Below are positions 8,928-18,341 of a stretch of 64,000 nucleotides of DNA, one piece after another; position 1 is the stretch's first letter, and each line of letters starts with the position of its first letter. A model generated the notes under the pieces. That model did not search any database, was not told the DNA's origin, and worked only from the letters and a program-made list of their open reading frames with translations. The DNA is from an uncultured Candidatus Poseidoniales archaeon (GTDB lineage: Archaea; Thermoplasmatota; Poseidoniia; Poseidoniales; Thalassarchaeaceae). Both the position numbers and the translations under genes were made by a program. The stretch spans positions 7,512 to 71,511 of the forward strand of contig CAZMVZ010000003.1 of NCBI GenBank assembly GCA_964570065.1, read 5' to 3'.

Positions 8928-10664
8928 CTAGAATAGGGATTGCAGAGATTTCGAAGTAAGGCTCTCAATCAGAGTATCGATGTCAACACGAACCTGCCTC
9001 TGGTCATCCCTTCTTCTGATTGTCAATGTGCCGTCTTCAAGAGATTGGTGATCAACTGTAACAGCCCAAGGGACACCAATCTCATCTGATCTTGCGTACC
9101 TTCTCCCGATCGACCTGCTAGTATCAATTTCAGCGAAAATGCCAGAAGTTGAGCCAATCCGTTTCAAAACCTCTCTTGCCATTACCCCCATTCCGTCCTT
9201 GTCGAAAAGAGGCAACACCACTAGGTCATAAGGTGCCACAGAAGGTTCCAGAGACAAGATTGTGTACTCCTCTCCTTCTTTTTCCAATTCAAGATAGTTG
9301 TGATCGAGGATATGCCAGATGATTCTGTCTATCCCGAATGCTGGCTCGATTACGTGCGGCGTGAAGTACTCCCCGGAAACTACTGAATCTTGAAGACATC
9401 TTGTCACCATCCCCTCTTCGATTTCTACTGTCGTGCCATCAGCAAGTGTGAGTGTAAAGGGGGTGACTTCAGGCAAATCAGCCAGTTCAGATAATGCTTC
9501 TGCAACGTCCGAAGCCCTTTCCCTGAAAGCCGGTCCGATTACCGAACCCACTGGTTTGAGGATCTCACGACTCTCATTGACGGGGGTTTCGAAGTTCCTC
9601 CATCCTCTCAATAGCCCGGACTTGGAATACTTCTCGTGAGACTCCAAATCGTGACACGTCCTATTGGCTATCCCAACAACTTCAATCCACCCGTGCTCAC
9701 CACTTAGTTCGCAGTCCCAGCAGTCAGATGCGTAATGCGCCATCTCAGTACTAGCGTGCTGCCTGAATCTAACTTTCTCGGGATCAACCCCGACATCTTC
9801 AAGGAATTGCATCGTCATAGCTAGGAACCAAGCCACAGTTGGATGCTTAACAATTCCATTCTCGAAAGCTTCTTCGATAGTGGCCTCTATCTCACTCGGG
9901 TGGGGGCCATCGGGATCGGGGAGCATGCTGATCCTTCTTTTCCATCTGCTCAAATCAGTGGATGGCGGGTTTTCCGGGTCAATGAAATACTCCAATTCTG
10001 CCATATTGAACTCCCTGAGACGAATCATTCCCTGACGAGGGCTAATTTCGTTTCTGTACCCCTTTCCAGTTTGCATTGCCCCAAATGGCAACCTCTGTCT
10101 GAAATGTCTGTAGAGTGCTGGATAAAGCATGAACATCCCTTGCGCAGTCTCTGGTCTCATGTAAGCAGCCCTCGAACCACCCATTGCACCAATGCTCGTT
10201 TGAAACATCAGATTCATCGGACTGGCCCCGGACCAGTCCTGGGAACCACAACTGGGGCACTTCACCCCATTCGTCGAAATCAACTCATCAAGATCCGAAG
10301 AATCCAGGTTCTCCGGGTTGTCGTGAAGTCCGTCAAGAAGGTGATCACTTCTGAATGCCCCACCACAGGATTTGCACTCAGACATTTTGTCATTGAATTC
10401 GCCAACATGCCCGCTTGCAACAAGAACTGACTCGGGGGTAATCGTCGGCGAATCAATTTCCACCACATTCGGAACCTTGCCCCAGTGCTCAATCCATGAA
10501 TTAACTACGCGACGCTTAATTCTGGCTCCCACCGGCCCGTAGTCGATCAGTCCAGAAACGCCTCCATATATCTCGAAAGATGGGAGCACAATACCCCTCC
10601 TGCGGAGCAGGGAGGATAACCTCGGCATCCTTCCTTTGTCGTCCATATGGCCAACGACAACCAA
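8928..10664 (-). CDS. glyS: glycyl-tRNA synthetase (archaeal/eukaryotic type)
   Basis: RRGIVLPSFEIYGGVSGLIDYGPVGARIK, class II motifs, and an anticodon-binding C-terminus are present. The true start is probably one of the internal Met codons near the 5' end. Confidence 0.9.
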   Translation of the reverse strand: MVVVGHMDDKGRMPRLSSLLRRRGIVLPSFEIYGGVSGLIDYGPVGARIKRRVVNSWIEHWGKVPNVVEIDSPTITPESVLVASGHVGEFNDKMSECKSCGGAFRSDHLLDGLHDNPENLDSSDLDELISTNGVKCPSCGSQDWSGASPMNLMFQTSIGAMGGSRAAYMRPETAQGMFMLYPALYRHFRQRLPFGAMQTGKGYRNEISPRQGMIRLREFNMAELEYFIDPENPPSTDLSRWKRRISMLPDPDGPHPSEIEATIEEAFENGIVKHPTVAWFLAMTMQFLEDVGVDPEKVRFRQHASTEMAHYASDCWDCELSGEHGWIEVVGIANRTCHDLESHEKYSKSGLLRGWRNFETPVNESREILKPVGSVIGPAFRERASDVAEALSELADLPEVTPFTLTLADGTTVEIEEGMVTRCLQDSVVSGEYFTPHVIEPAFGIDRIIWHILDHNYLELEKEGEEYTILSLEPSVAPYDLVVLPLFDKDGMGVMAREVLKRIGSTSGIFAEIDTSRSIGRRYARSDEIGVPWAVTVDHQSLEDGTLTIRRRDDQRQVRVDIDTLIESLTSKSLQSLF

Positions 10665-10777
10665 TCGTGGTTTTCAAGCCATCCTAGTGACAAGGGCTAT
10701 TGTCGCGATTGAGTAGCCATGACTAGTTTTTCCGCCACAATAAGCCAATTTAGGACGATTTTCTGAGAAGCATTCAT

Positions 10778-10783
10778 TTATGC
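10778..10783 (+). promoter_or_regulatory. TATA-like element TTTATG upstream of the Lhr helicase gene
   Basis: It lies in the 146-nt divergent intergenic region, 37-42 nt before ATG 10820. The same hexamer occurs upstream of priS and aEF-2. Confidence 0.25.
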
Positions 10784-10803
10784 AATCGATAGCCTGAAAC
10801 GCA

Positions 10804-10809
10804 AGGTGG
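10804..10809 (+). promoter_or_regulatory. Shine-Dalgarno-like AGGTGG for Lhr
   Basis: AGGTGG lies 10 nt before ATG 10820. This favours 10820 over the TTG at 10811 used by the ORF track. Confidence 0.35.
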
Positions 10810-10819
10810 TTTGAAAAAA

Positions 10820-13800
10820 ATGCCAGAAATTACGTATGTCTCTGATTTTTCTGAGACCAAGGATATTCTGGAAAAACTCTCACCTCCTGTGAGAAATTGG
10901 TTTAAAGACAAGTTTCCCGATTTCACTGAGCCCCAGAAAGTTGCCATTCCTCAGATTCTGTCGGGAGAGCACCTGTTACTGTGCTCCCCCACTGGTTCTG
11001 GTAAGACATTGACGGCTTTCCTTTCAATTATTGACGACTTGGTCCGGAAATCACTAGAGGGTAAGCTAACAGATACTGTGCAATGCATCTACATCTCACC
11101 GATAAAGGCTCTAGCAAACGATATCCAGAAGAATCTCATAGGGCCTCTTACAGAAATAAAGGAGAGATTCCTACCTGGTAGGGCCCAGGAAATCAAAGTC
11201 GGACTCAGAACCGGTGACACGCCCCAGAAAGAAAGGGAGAGGATGCTGAGGAAACCCCCTCACATTCTGATTACTACTCCAGAATCATTAGCCCTCGCCC
11301 TCGCATCGAAGCGGTTCCGCCCACTTCTGAATGACTTGCAATGGTTAATTGTCGATGAGATGCATTCCCTTGTGCCTACAAAAAGAGGTACACATCTGTC
11401 TCTGAGTCTTGCACTTATGGACTCAGTAGTGGACTCCGATGTTCAGAGGATTGGTATCAGTGCAACAATGGAGCCACTTAGCGAAGTAGCAGAGTTCCTA
11501 GTTGCCAGTGACTCCAGAGAGGACCAAGGAAATCAACAGAGAGTCTCGATAGCCAAGATTTCTGGGTCAAGGAAACTAGATCTGGACATCATCCTCCCTA
11601 CTCCAAGATTCACATCAATACCCGTCAAGGAGGTCCTGGACCACAATATCGATAGAATCAAGGAACTAGTCGAGGCCCACACTACAACCCTTGTTTTCGT
11701 GAATACTAGGAACATGACTGAGACGTTTGTACAACGTCTGAAAGTTGCCGGGGTTGCGGGCGTGGAGGGGCATCACGGATCAATGGACAAATCCATTCGT
11801 CTAGATGTAGAACAGAGACTCAAAGATGGAAAGCTGAGGTGCGTGGTTTCCTCATCGAGTCTGGAGATGGGGATAGACATCGGCTCAGTTGACTTGGTAA
11901 TACAGGTTGGCTCTCCCGGTTCCATTGCCACGGCACTACAGAGGATTGGTAGGGCGGGCCATCAGGTAGGAGGTCTACCAAGAGCACGTTTCCTACCCAC
12001 ATCCTCCCATGATCTGTTGGAGATTGTTGCACTACAGAACGGCATACTATCGGGAAACATGGATCTGCTTAAGTTCCCCCAGAACTGCCTTGACGTTCTG
12101 GCCCAGTTCCTAATAGGATTGACAATTATCAGGGAATGGGATATCGACGAAGCCTACGAACTGGTTCAAGCATCGTGGCCATATCGTAATCTTCCCTATG
12201 ACGACTACATAGAAGTGCTAGATCTCTTGGAAGAGGAGAGAAGAGTTTGGGTCGACTGGGAGGAGAATCGTTTCGGAAAGCGGGGATATGCCCAAATGAT
12301 ATACTACACAAACATAGGTACCATTTCTCCAGACAATAACTATCTTGTCTTCACTTCAGATGGTACCCTAGTCGGACAACTCTCATCTTCATTCGTTTCG
12401 AGCATGAGGAATGGCGATGTTTTCTTGCTGGGCGGCTCAACATTTAGGGTTGCTAGCGTAATTGGAACAAGGGTGAACGTAACCCCAGCAACCGGATTCC
12501 GGCCCACCATACCTTCGTGGACCGGAGAAGCGATGAGCAGGACCAGCGAACTAAGCGACGAGGTCCTCGGATTATTGAGTATCCTATCTATCCAGTACAG
12601 AACTGGAAATTCGATAACTCCGTTCCTAGTCGATGTCATGGGGCTCAATAAGCCGGTGGCTAACGCTCTATCACAGTTCCTTGACGAGCACTCTGCGACT
12701 ACCTTTCAGGTTCCTTCCCAGGATCGAATCCTAGTGGAGCAGGTAGAAGCCCCCCTGCCGACCTATGTCGTTACAACATGTAGGGGGAGGGCCTTCAATC
12801 TAGCACTAGGTTACCTCTTTGCCGGAATGGCGACCAGAGACGACATCATCGTGCATGAACTCTCTTTCGACGAGAATGGATTCATGGCAAAATTGAGCCA
12901 CGAGGTCGAGGTTTCCCTGATCCCAGAAGTCTTCCGCGGCAAACGTAGCGAGGAAATTCTAAACAAGTACCTCATCGATTCGCAGCTCTTCGCAAAACGA
13001 TTCCGTGAGGTCTCATCTAGAAGCATGCTCAATCCCCGGAGGATAGGGGCCGAAGAAGTGAGCCCCAAGCAGTTCCAGGTCAAAGCAGAGCAGATCATGA
13101 ACAGGCATAGGAAGATGGATGAATCAGTAATCGTTAGAGAGGCGATGAATGAGATTCTTAATACTGACTTGGGGATGGGTCAATTAAGACAATTCATAGA
13201 GAGAATGGATGCTGAGGACGTCCGCATAGTCCATCGTAGGGTCAAGATTCCTTCCCCACTGGGACTAACCCTATTCATGTCCTCTTTCGAAGACCTACTT
13301 TCACTCAGAACACGCGCATACCTGATCAAAGACGTAGATCCTGAGATCCTTAGGCGTCTTCTGGGAGCAAGGTCGCTAGCAACTGAGCTTGACAAGGAAA
13401 AACTCGGCGATTACTATCAATCCAAGGTTTCGATACCAACAAGCGCCAACGAACTCCTCAGGCTGATGGACATGGGCGGCGGCCTAGAGAGGCAACTCAC
13501 TCATCCATTGTATAGCGACAAGCTGAAGAACATCGAATTCGAAACATTGCGTGGTTGGGTCCACGATCTAGCAGAGAGGGGCCTAATCACCAAGGTCAGG
13601 GGGACCGGCCTAGAGAAGATAGATGGCAAGTGGTTCTCGATGAGGATGACCGAGGTCCACGGAACTCTGGGTTGTCTCGCGGTAGCCGGAGCCGCAGAGA
13701 TGGATGATCTCAGAGAATTGTATACTGGCGGTCTGAACTATGAGATCGGCGAAGGTTATGTTGGCGGGGAGGCATCCAATTGGAAAAAGAAATCACTCTC

Positions 13801-16117
13801 TGACCCAATGGACTGCCTAAGACTCAAACTCCTAGATATGTTGGGATCAGAGGGCCCCCAGACAATTGAATCTCTCAGCGCACGTTTGCCTTTCCCGACT
13901 GCCCAAGTAGAATCAGTGCTACAAGAACTAGAGATGCGAAACCTAGTCTCAATTGGCTTCTTCACTCAAACAGACGAGGGAGAGTTCATACTCAGAATAG
14001 ATGAGTATAGAATTACTGGAGGGGAATTCAATGTCATTGACTATCGAACCCTTCAGACATTGATTCTGAACAAGTCATTTTCTAGGTTTGTAGAACCAGC
14101 CGATGCAATTCGTAATCTGACCTTTGTCCAGAGGAGGGAGGAGTTGCTGCATCGAGTTGAGAACTACAGATTCCGTGATTGGAAGGACATTAAACACGAT
14201 TCTGACGTTTACAATGGTAGATTACTCCACAATAGGGTTGGATACACTCTCAGTGAAAAACTACCCATGCTGATGGGCCTCCGTTCAGAGCCATGGTTCG
14301 GGCCTCTGGAAGAGGAGCTGATTGAGAAGATTCCCGAAGAGGGGATATCCAGAAACGATCTATTCTCGGAATATCCCAAGGGCAAGGAGAATGCACATAT
14401 CCAGAGGAGCCTGAAGTCCGCCCTCTCGAATATGGAGAGGCAGCTAGTGGTAGCGAAGCAATTCGTCGACGTCCCCAATCGAAAGAGGTCAATGGCCATA
14501 TTCAAGAGGCTGCACGGTAGAGTCAAACCATTACCTTTCGACAAAGCCCTAACTGAATTAATTGCCCGAATAGGCCCCGTTCGCCTACATACTCTGAGGC
14601 TTTTCGTCTCTAGGCCCGTCGAGGAACTGGCCGATACACTTCGGGATCTTGAGAATCGAGGATCAATTGCTAGGGTTGTTGCACTACAACCAGATCCCAC
14701 AGACTACTACGCTTCCCATGAAGACGCAGAAAGCCTCCTCTCACCTCTGCCAGAGGATAGGAAGATGCGCATTCTGGCGCAATCAGACCCATTCAGCAGC
14801 CGATTCATTCAGGAGGTCAGACTACTCCTCAAGCAAGGATGGTACTACCCAGTCTTCAAGGGAGTTGATCCAATTGGCAGAGTCCTTATGTTCGTCGTGA
14901 ACGACTACTTGGAAATTAAGGACATCAACATCCCGCACTCATATCTGGATGACTTCAAGAAAACTTTTGCTGAATTACTAGATAACTACAGGGACCGACT
15001 CGTGGATGTTTCCGTCCTACATGCCTTCAACGGCGTCCCAGTCCACGACTGCGACGAGAACATCCAACAAATCCTAGCCGAATTAGGATTCTCATCAATG
15101 GGCGATGGAGAACGGTATATCAGAGGAGGGGTGGTGGAACCAAGATCGAGAAAGGAAATCAACAGGATGCTTTTCTACCATCACTCAATTCACCAAAATA
15201 GTAGGTGGGAGAACGAGACCATCGCGCTCGAGAACTCCACAGAACTACGTGACGACTTCTCCCTTAGGGGGCGGTGCGAGATGTTCAGAGTAAACCTTGA
15301 CTCAATGGTCGCGGCTCACCAGTTGCATCAAGGATCAAATCTGCGAGGTCACCTTGTTTGGGCACGATATCCACACTTCCAGAGACTCCTATCTATTCGG
15401 AACGTACCTACTGATCCAGAGGACGAGGAGACTCTTCAGTTCTTCAGAGACACAAACGATCCCGATTTATTCATGGAAAGGAATGCAATGTCGAGGTCCG
15501 AGTTCCGCAAAATAGTGTCGCCTCTAGTGAGAAGCGGTCATCTGATCCAAGATTATCGAGGTGGCTTCCGGACGGTAGAACCTCTGCATAATGTGGATCT
15601 TTGGGATGCAAAAAGAAAGTATCTGAGAACGTTGGTGGAGGATTACCCAGTAATCTCTCTAAAGCAAGTAGAGAGGCTTGCCGGCTCTTCATTCACGCCC
15701 GAGGAGATTAGCGATGTGATGCATGATTTCGAGGATGATGGGACTTTGATCAAGGGATTCCTTGTGGATGATCTCCAGGATATATGCTGGGGGAGGCTCG
15801 ATATGCTGGAGGGAGAGGAGAGTATTAGCCGAACTCGTGACTTGGTCATACCCCCCTCAGACCCTCTGATACATTATTTCGGAAGTCTTCTCAGAGAGAG
15901 ATTCGGCTTTGGATCTGCATACCTAGTATTCCACAAGGAAGATCCAATTGCCGCATTCAAGGCTAATACGAGGAACAATAAGATCGAACTCACCGACTTC
16001 GTTGGAGACTCTGAGTTGGAGAAGGAAGCAATCAGAGTGATGAAGGAATTCGCTTGGGAGCACGATATGCCCTTATCGGGCAAGCTTTTCGAAAGAATCA
16101 GGTCAAGAATCGTCTAA
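10820..16117 (+). CDS. lhr: Lhr-family ATP-dependent helicase with a very long C-terminal extension (about 1765 aa)
   Basis: Core motifs are FTEPQKVAIPQI, CSPTGSGKT (motif I), DEMH (motif II), HHGSMDKSIRLDVEQRLKDGKLRCVVSSSSLEMGIDIG and QRIGRAGH (motif VI), followed by the Lhr WH/domain-4 region. About 850 further residues carry several winged-helix-like segments and a duplicated SDP...VF..DPI module. Confidence 0.85.
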   Translation: MPEITYVSDFSETKDILEKLSPPVRNWFKDKFPDFTEPQKVAIPQILSGEHLLLCSPTGSGKTLTAFLSIIDDLVRKSLEGKLTDTVQCIYISPIKALANDIQKNLIGPLTEIKERFLPGRAQEIKVGLRTGDTPQKERERMLRKPPHILITTPESLALALASKRFRPLLNDLQWLIVDEMHSLVPTKRGTHLSLSLALMDSVVDSDVQRIGISATMEPLSEVAEFLVASDSREDQGNQQRVSIAKISGSRKLDLDIILPTPRFTSIPVKEVLDHNIDRIKELVEAHTTTLVFVNTRNMTETFVQRLKVAGVAGVEGHHGSMDKSIRLDVEQRLKDGKLRCVVSSSSLEMGIDIGSVDLVIQVGSPGSIATALQRIGRAGHQVGGLPRARFLPTSSHDLLEIVALQNGILSGNMDLLKFPQNCLDVLAQFLIGLTIIREWDIDEAYELVQASWPYRNLPYDDYIEVLDLLEEERRVWVDWEENRFGKRGYAQMIYYTNIGTISPDNNYLVFTSDGTLVGQLSSSFVSSMRNGDVFLLGGSTFRVASVIGTRVNVTPATGFRPTIPSWTGEAMSRTSELSDEVLGLLSILSIQYRTGNSITPFLVDVMGLNKPVANALSQFLDEHSATTFQVPSQDRILVEQVEAPLPTYVVTTCRGRAFNLALGYLFAGMATRDDIIVHELSFDENGFMAKLSHEVEVSLIPEVFRGKRSEEILNKYLIDSQLFAKRFREVSSRSMLNPRRIGAEEVSPKQFQVKAEQIMNRHRKMDESVIVREAMNEILNTDLGMGQLRQFIERMDAEDVRIVHRRVKIPSPLGLTLFMSSFEDLLSLRTRAYLIKDVDPEILRRLLGARSLATELDKEKLGDYYQSKVSIPTSANELLRLMDMGGGLERQLTHPLYSDKLKNIEFETLRGWVHDLAERGLITKVRGTGLEKIDGKWFSMRMTEVHGTLGCLAVAGAAEMDDLRELYTGGLNYEIGEGYVGGEASNWKKKSLSDPMDCLRLKLLDMLGSEGPQTIESLSARLPFPTAQVESVLQELEMRNLVSIGFFTQTDEGEFILRIDEYRITGGEFNVIDYRTLQTLILNKSFSRFVEPADAIRNLTFVQRREELLHRVENYRFRDWKDIKHDSDVYNGRLLHNRVGYTLSEKLPMLMGLRSEPWFGPLEEELIEKIPEEGISRNDLFSEYPKGKENAHIQRSLKSALSNMERQLVVAKQFVDVPNRKRSMAIFKRLHGRVKPLPFDKALTELIARIGPVRLHTLRLFVSRPVEELADTLRDLENRGSIARVVALQPDPTDYYASHEDAESLLSPLPEDRKMRILAQSDPFSSRFIQEVRLLLKQGWYYPVFKGVDPIGRVLMFVVNDYLEIKDINIPHSYLDDFKKTFAELLDNYRDRLVDVSVLHAFNGVPVHDCDENIQQILAELGFSSMGDGERYIRGGVVEPRSRKEINRMLFYHHSIHQNSRWENETIALENSTELRDDFSLRGRCEMFRVNLDSMVAAHQLHQGSNLRGHLVWARYPHFQRLLSIRNVPTDPEDEETLQFFRDTNDPDLFMERNAMSRSEFRKIVSPLVRSGHLIQDYRGGFRTVEPLHNVDLWDAKRKYLRTLVEDYPVISLKQVERLAGSSFTPEEISDVMHDFEDDGTLIKGFLVDDLQDICWGRLDMLEGEESISRTRDLVIPPSDPLIHYFGSLLRERFGFGSAYLVFHKEDPIAAFKANTRNNKIELTDFVGDSELEKEAIRVMKEFAWEHDMPLSGKLFERIRSRIV

Positions 16118-17063
16118 GTTTTACTACTGGACTCATGACCTTAGTTACGTGTTTATGAAGTTCAGGAAGTAGGTCGAAAAGGGCCAGTGCCATAAGGAAC
16201 ATTGCAAATAGGCTAGCTACTTTCGCAGCATAACTATGGGCGAAGTCAAAGATCCCCATCCCCGATAGACTCCATACAGGATAGGTGTCTGTAAGCCAGA
16301 CAATTCCCGCGTTCCTGAAAACGTTCAGAACGTGTATGGTTGGTATGGCGATAACTAGTGCCCGTGCACGCCTCTTCCAGTGAACCGATTTTAATGCCAC
16401 AATTGCCCCGATGAAGACTGCCATAGACTGGAGAGCAGAGCAAGCCAGAATGAATGCAACCACCGATTCCCCCTCCTCGTTAATCATTGGCGCGTAGAAG
16501 CCCCCCTCTCCTAGTGGTTCGCTAAGCACAAATCTATTCCCTTCCCAATCAGAAACAGGGATTGCGACTTCCCCATGCCTCTCGATCATCATTGAACCAA
16601 TCTCGTAACCACTAAAACCTGCAAACTCAAGCATTAACTCGGCACTAACTGCAGTGAATTGCACGAATGCCATATTCAGATAAGGAATCCCGAAAACAAC
16701 ATAGTATGGAATCATCGACCAAACTACGAATCCCCTCAGCCAGACAATAGTATCATCCTCTCTGCCATCTGAAATCCACTCCCAATACGAAATTGCAAGA
16801 CCGGCTGGGAGGGCTCCAGCCGTCATGAAAATCAAAACGGGATCGGATATCTCTACAAAATGCCCCGAGTATAGATAGAAGAAGAGACCGATTAATGGCC
16901 ATGAAATTATGGCGAGGACTTTAGAATTCCTCTCAGAATGACGATGAAATGAAAATGACATCAGTACCAAACCAAGAGAGCCAATCAATAGCTGCATGGT
17001 CACGTCAGAGATTCCAAGACTTGTGGCAAATGTACCAACAACAGCCGATATCGGGTCCTCCAT
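16098..17063 (-). CDS. artA: archaeosortase (exosortase/archaeosortase family, ArtA-like)
   Basis: This polytopic membrane protein has ILACSALQS (candidate catalytic Cys) and NVFRNAG (Arg) 42 residues later, matching my recollection of the Cys173/Arg214 spacing in Haloferax ArtA. FDFAHSY provides a downstream His. The start is moved to ATG 17063 because the ORF-track extension overlaps the conserved N-terminus of gmhA. Confidence 0.65.
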   Translation of the reverse strand: MEDPISAVVGTFATSLGISDVTMQLLIGSLGLVLMSFSFHRHSERNSKVLAIISWPLIGLFFYLYSGHFVEISDPVLIFMTAGALPAGLAISYWEWISDGREDDTIVWLRGFVVWSMIPYYVVFGIPYLNMAFVQFTAVSAELMLEFAGFSGYEIGSMMIERHGEVAIPVSDWEGNRFVLSEPLGEGGFYAPMINEEGESVVAFILACSALQSMAVFIGAIVALKSVHWKRRARALVIAIPTIHVLNVFRNAGIVWLTDTYPVWSLSGMGIFDFAHSYAAKVASLFAMFLMALALFDLLPELHKHVTKVMSPVVKLRRFLT

Positions 17064-17121
17064 GACCTTCTTGCTTTCATCAACCCGTAAATAGGATGCC
17101 CCCTCCCGAACAATCGGACAT

Positions 17122-17691
17122 ATGACTTTCGACTTCACTGAATTCGCCGAAGCATACGCCTCCTCCCTAGTGGAGACAATAGGCAACTTGCCCATTTCGC
17201 AGATAGAAGAGTTCTGGCATCTAGTCGAGAATGCTAGAAATTCTGGCGCTACTGTGCACTTCATTGGAAACGGCGGAAGTGCTGGTACTCCATCCCATAG
17301 TTCAGGCGACTGGTCAAAAGAACTGTCACTTCGAACAATATCTCATTCAGACAATGCATCATCTCTGACTGCGTGGGCAAACGACACGGATTACGAAAAT
17401 GTGTTTGTCGGCCAACTTTCCACCTTCATCAGAACTGGCGATGTAGTGGTAGGCTTCAGTGGATCAGGGAATTCTCAAAACGTAATCAATGGGATTGAAT
17501 TCTCAAAAGAGAACGGTTGTAAAACAGTGGCAATAACTGGAAACTTCAGTGGATCAGGAGGAGGCAGGTTGGCAAAAATAGTAGATTTATGCATTTTGGT
17601 GCCTTCTCAGTCAATGGAGAGGATTGAGGACACTCAATTGATAATCAATCACATCATAAAAGAGGCAGTAAAGTCGAATAACGGGTTGTGA
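17122..17691 (+). CDS. gmhA: SIS-domain sedoheptulose-7-phosphate isomerase (GmhA-like)
   Basis: HFIGNGGSAGTPSHSSGDW, VVGFSGSGNSQNV and a size of about 190 aa are typical of GmhA/phosphoheptose isomerase. Confidence 0.7.
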   Translation: MTFDFTEFAEAYASSLVETIGNLPISQIEEFWHLVENARNSGATVHFIGNGGSAGTPSHSSGDWSKELSLRTISHSDNASSLTAWANDTDYENVFVGQLSTFIRTGDVVVGFSGSGNSQNVINGIEFSKENGCKTVAITGNFSGSGGGRLAKIVDLCILVPSQSMERIEDTQLIINHIIKEAVKSNNGL

Positions 17692-17695
17692 GAAG

Positions 17696-18337
17696 ATGTT
17701 GCCACCTCATCGGCACGGTTCTCCTCTTGAAGCCCCATTAAGCCTCAGTGATTTGCCCGAGAATGTAGATTGGGATGGAAGAATTGCATATCTGGATAGA
17801 GATGGTGTGTTAAATCGATGGAAGGAGAATTACGTCAATTCTCCCGACGAAGTAGAAATATTACTCGGTTCGGGAAAGGCAATTACTAGTCTAAGGAGAA
17901 TGGGTTTCAGGATTTGTGTAGTGACCAACCAATCACCTATAGGGCGCAATCTTTGGGGGCATGATGTCTTGGCTCAGATTAATGAGAGGTTACAGGAGCT
18001 CCTTCTCGAAGAGGATCGGGGAGCCGAAATAGATTTGATTCTGTATAGCCCATATTCACCATCCGAGGGCTCTTGGTCGAGAAAGCCTAACCCCGGAATG
18101 CTTGAAGCGGGAAGACAAATTGTTGACAATGCTCACAGATTCCCTGGAAAGCCGAATAATCTCTCATACGGTGACGAATGGATTGATCGGCCGGACGAAT
18201 CCGGCTCCATCCTAATTGGCGACCGGAAATCAGACATCATTGCTGCAGAGAGATTCGGAGTCAAAGGAATTCTATGCGGCCCCGAATCAGGAATCTCAGG
18301 AGTCATCGACCAGATCCTATCCGCCAAAGAGGGGTGA
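17696..18337 (+). CDS. gmhB: HAD-family D,D-heptose-1,7-bisphosphate phosphatase (GmhB/histidinol-phosphatase subfamily)
   Basis: The HAD motifs match the GmhB-type: YLDRDGVLN, VVTNQSPIGR, RKPNPGML and ILIGDRKSDIIAAERFG. Confidence 0.7.
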   Translation: MLPPHRHGSPLEAPLSLSDLPENVDWDGRIAYLDRDGVLNRWKENYVNSPDEVEILLGSGKAITSLRRMGFRICVVTNQSPIGRNLWGHDVLAQINERLQELLLEEDRGAEIDLILYSPYSPSEGSWSRKPNPGMLEAGRQIVDNAHRFPGKPNNLSYGDEWIDRPDESGSILIGDRKSDIIAAERFGVKGILCGPESGISGVIDQILSAKEG

Positions 18338-18341
18338 TCCA

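Noticed and set aside
10665-10810. A search of the larger intergenic gaps (10665-10810, 19851-20095, 30365-30499, 31573-31663, 52522-52650) for tRNAs, C/D-box sRNAs or other structured RNAs.
   Set aside because: I found no T-arm (GTTCRANYC with flanking stem) and no paired C (RUGAUGA) and D (CUGA) boxes at appropriate spacing. The gaps are better explained as promoters and 5' leaders.
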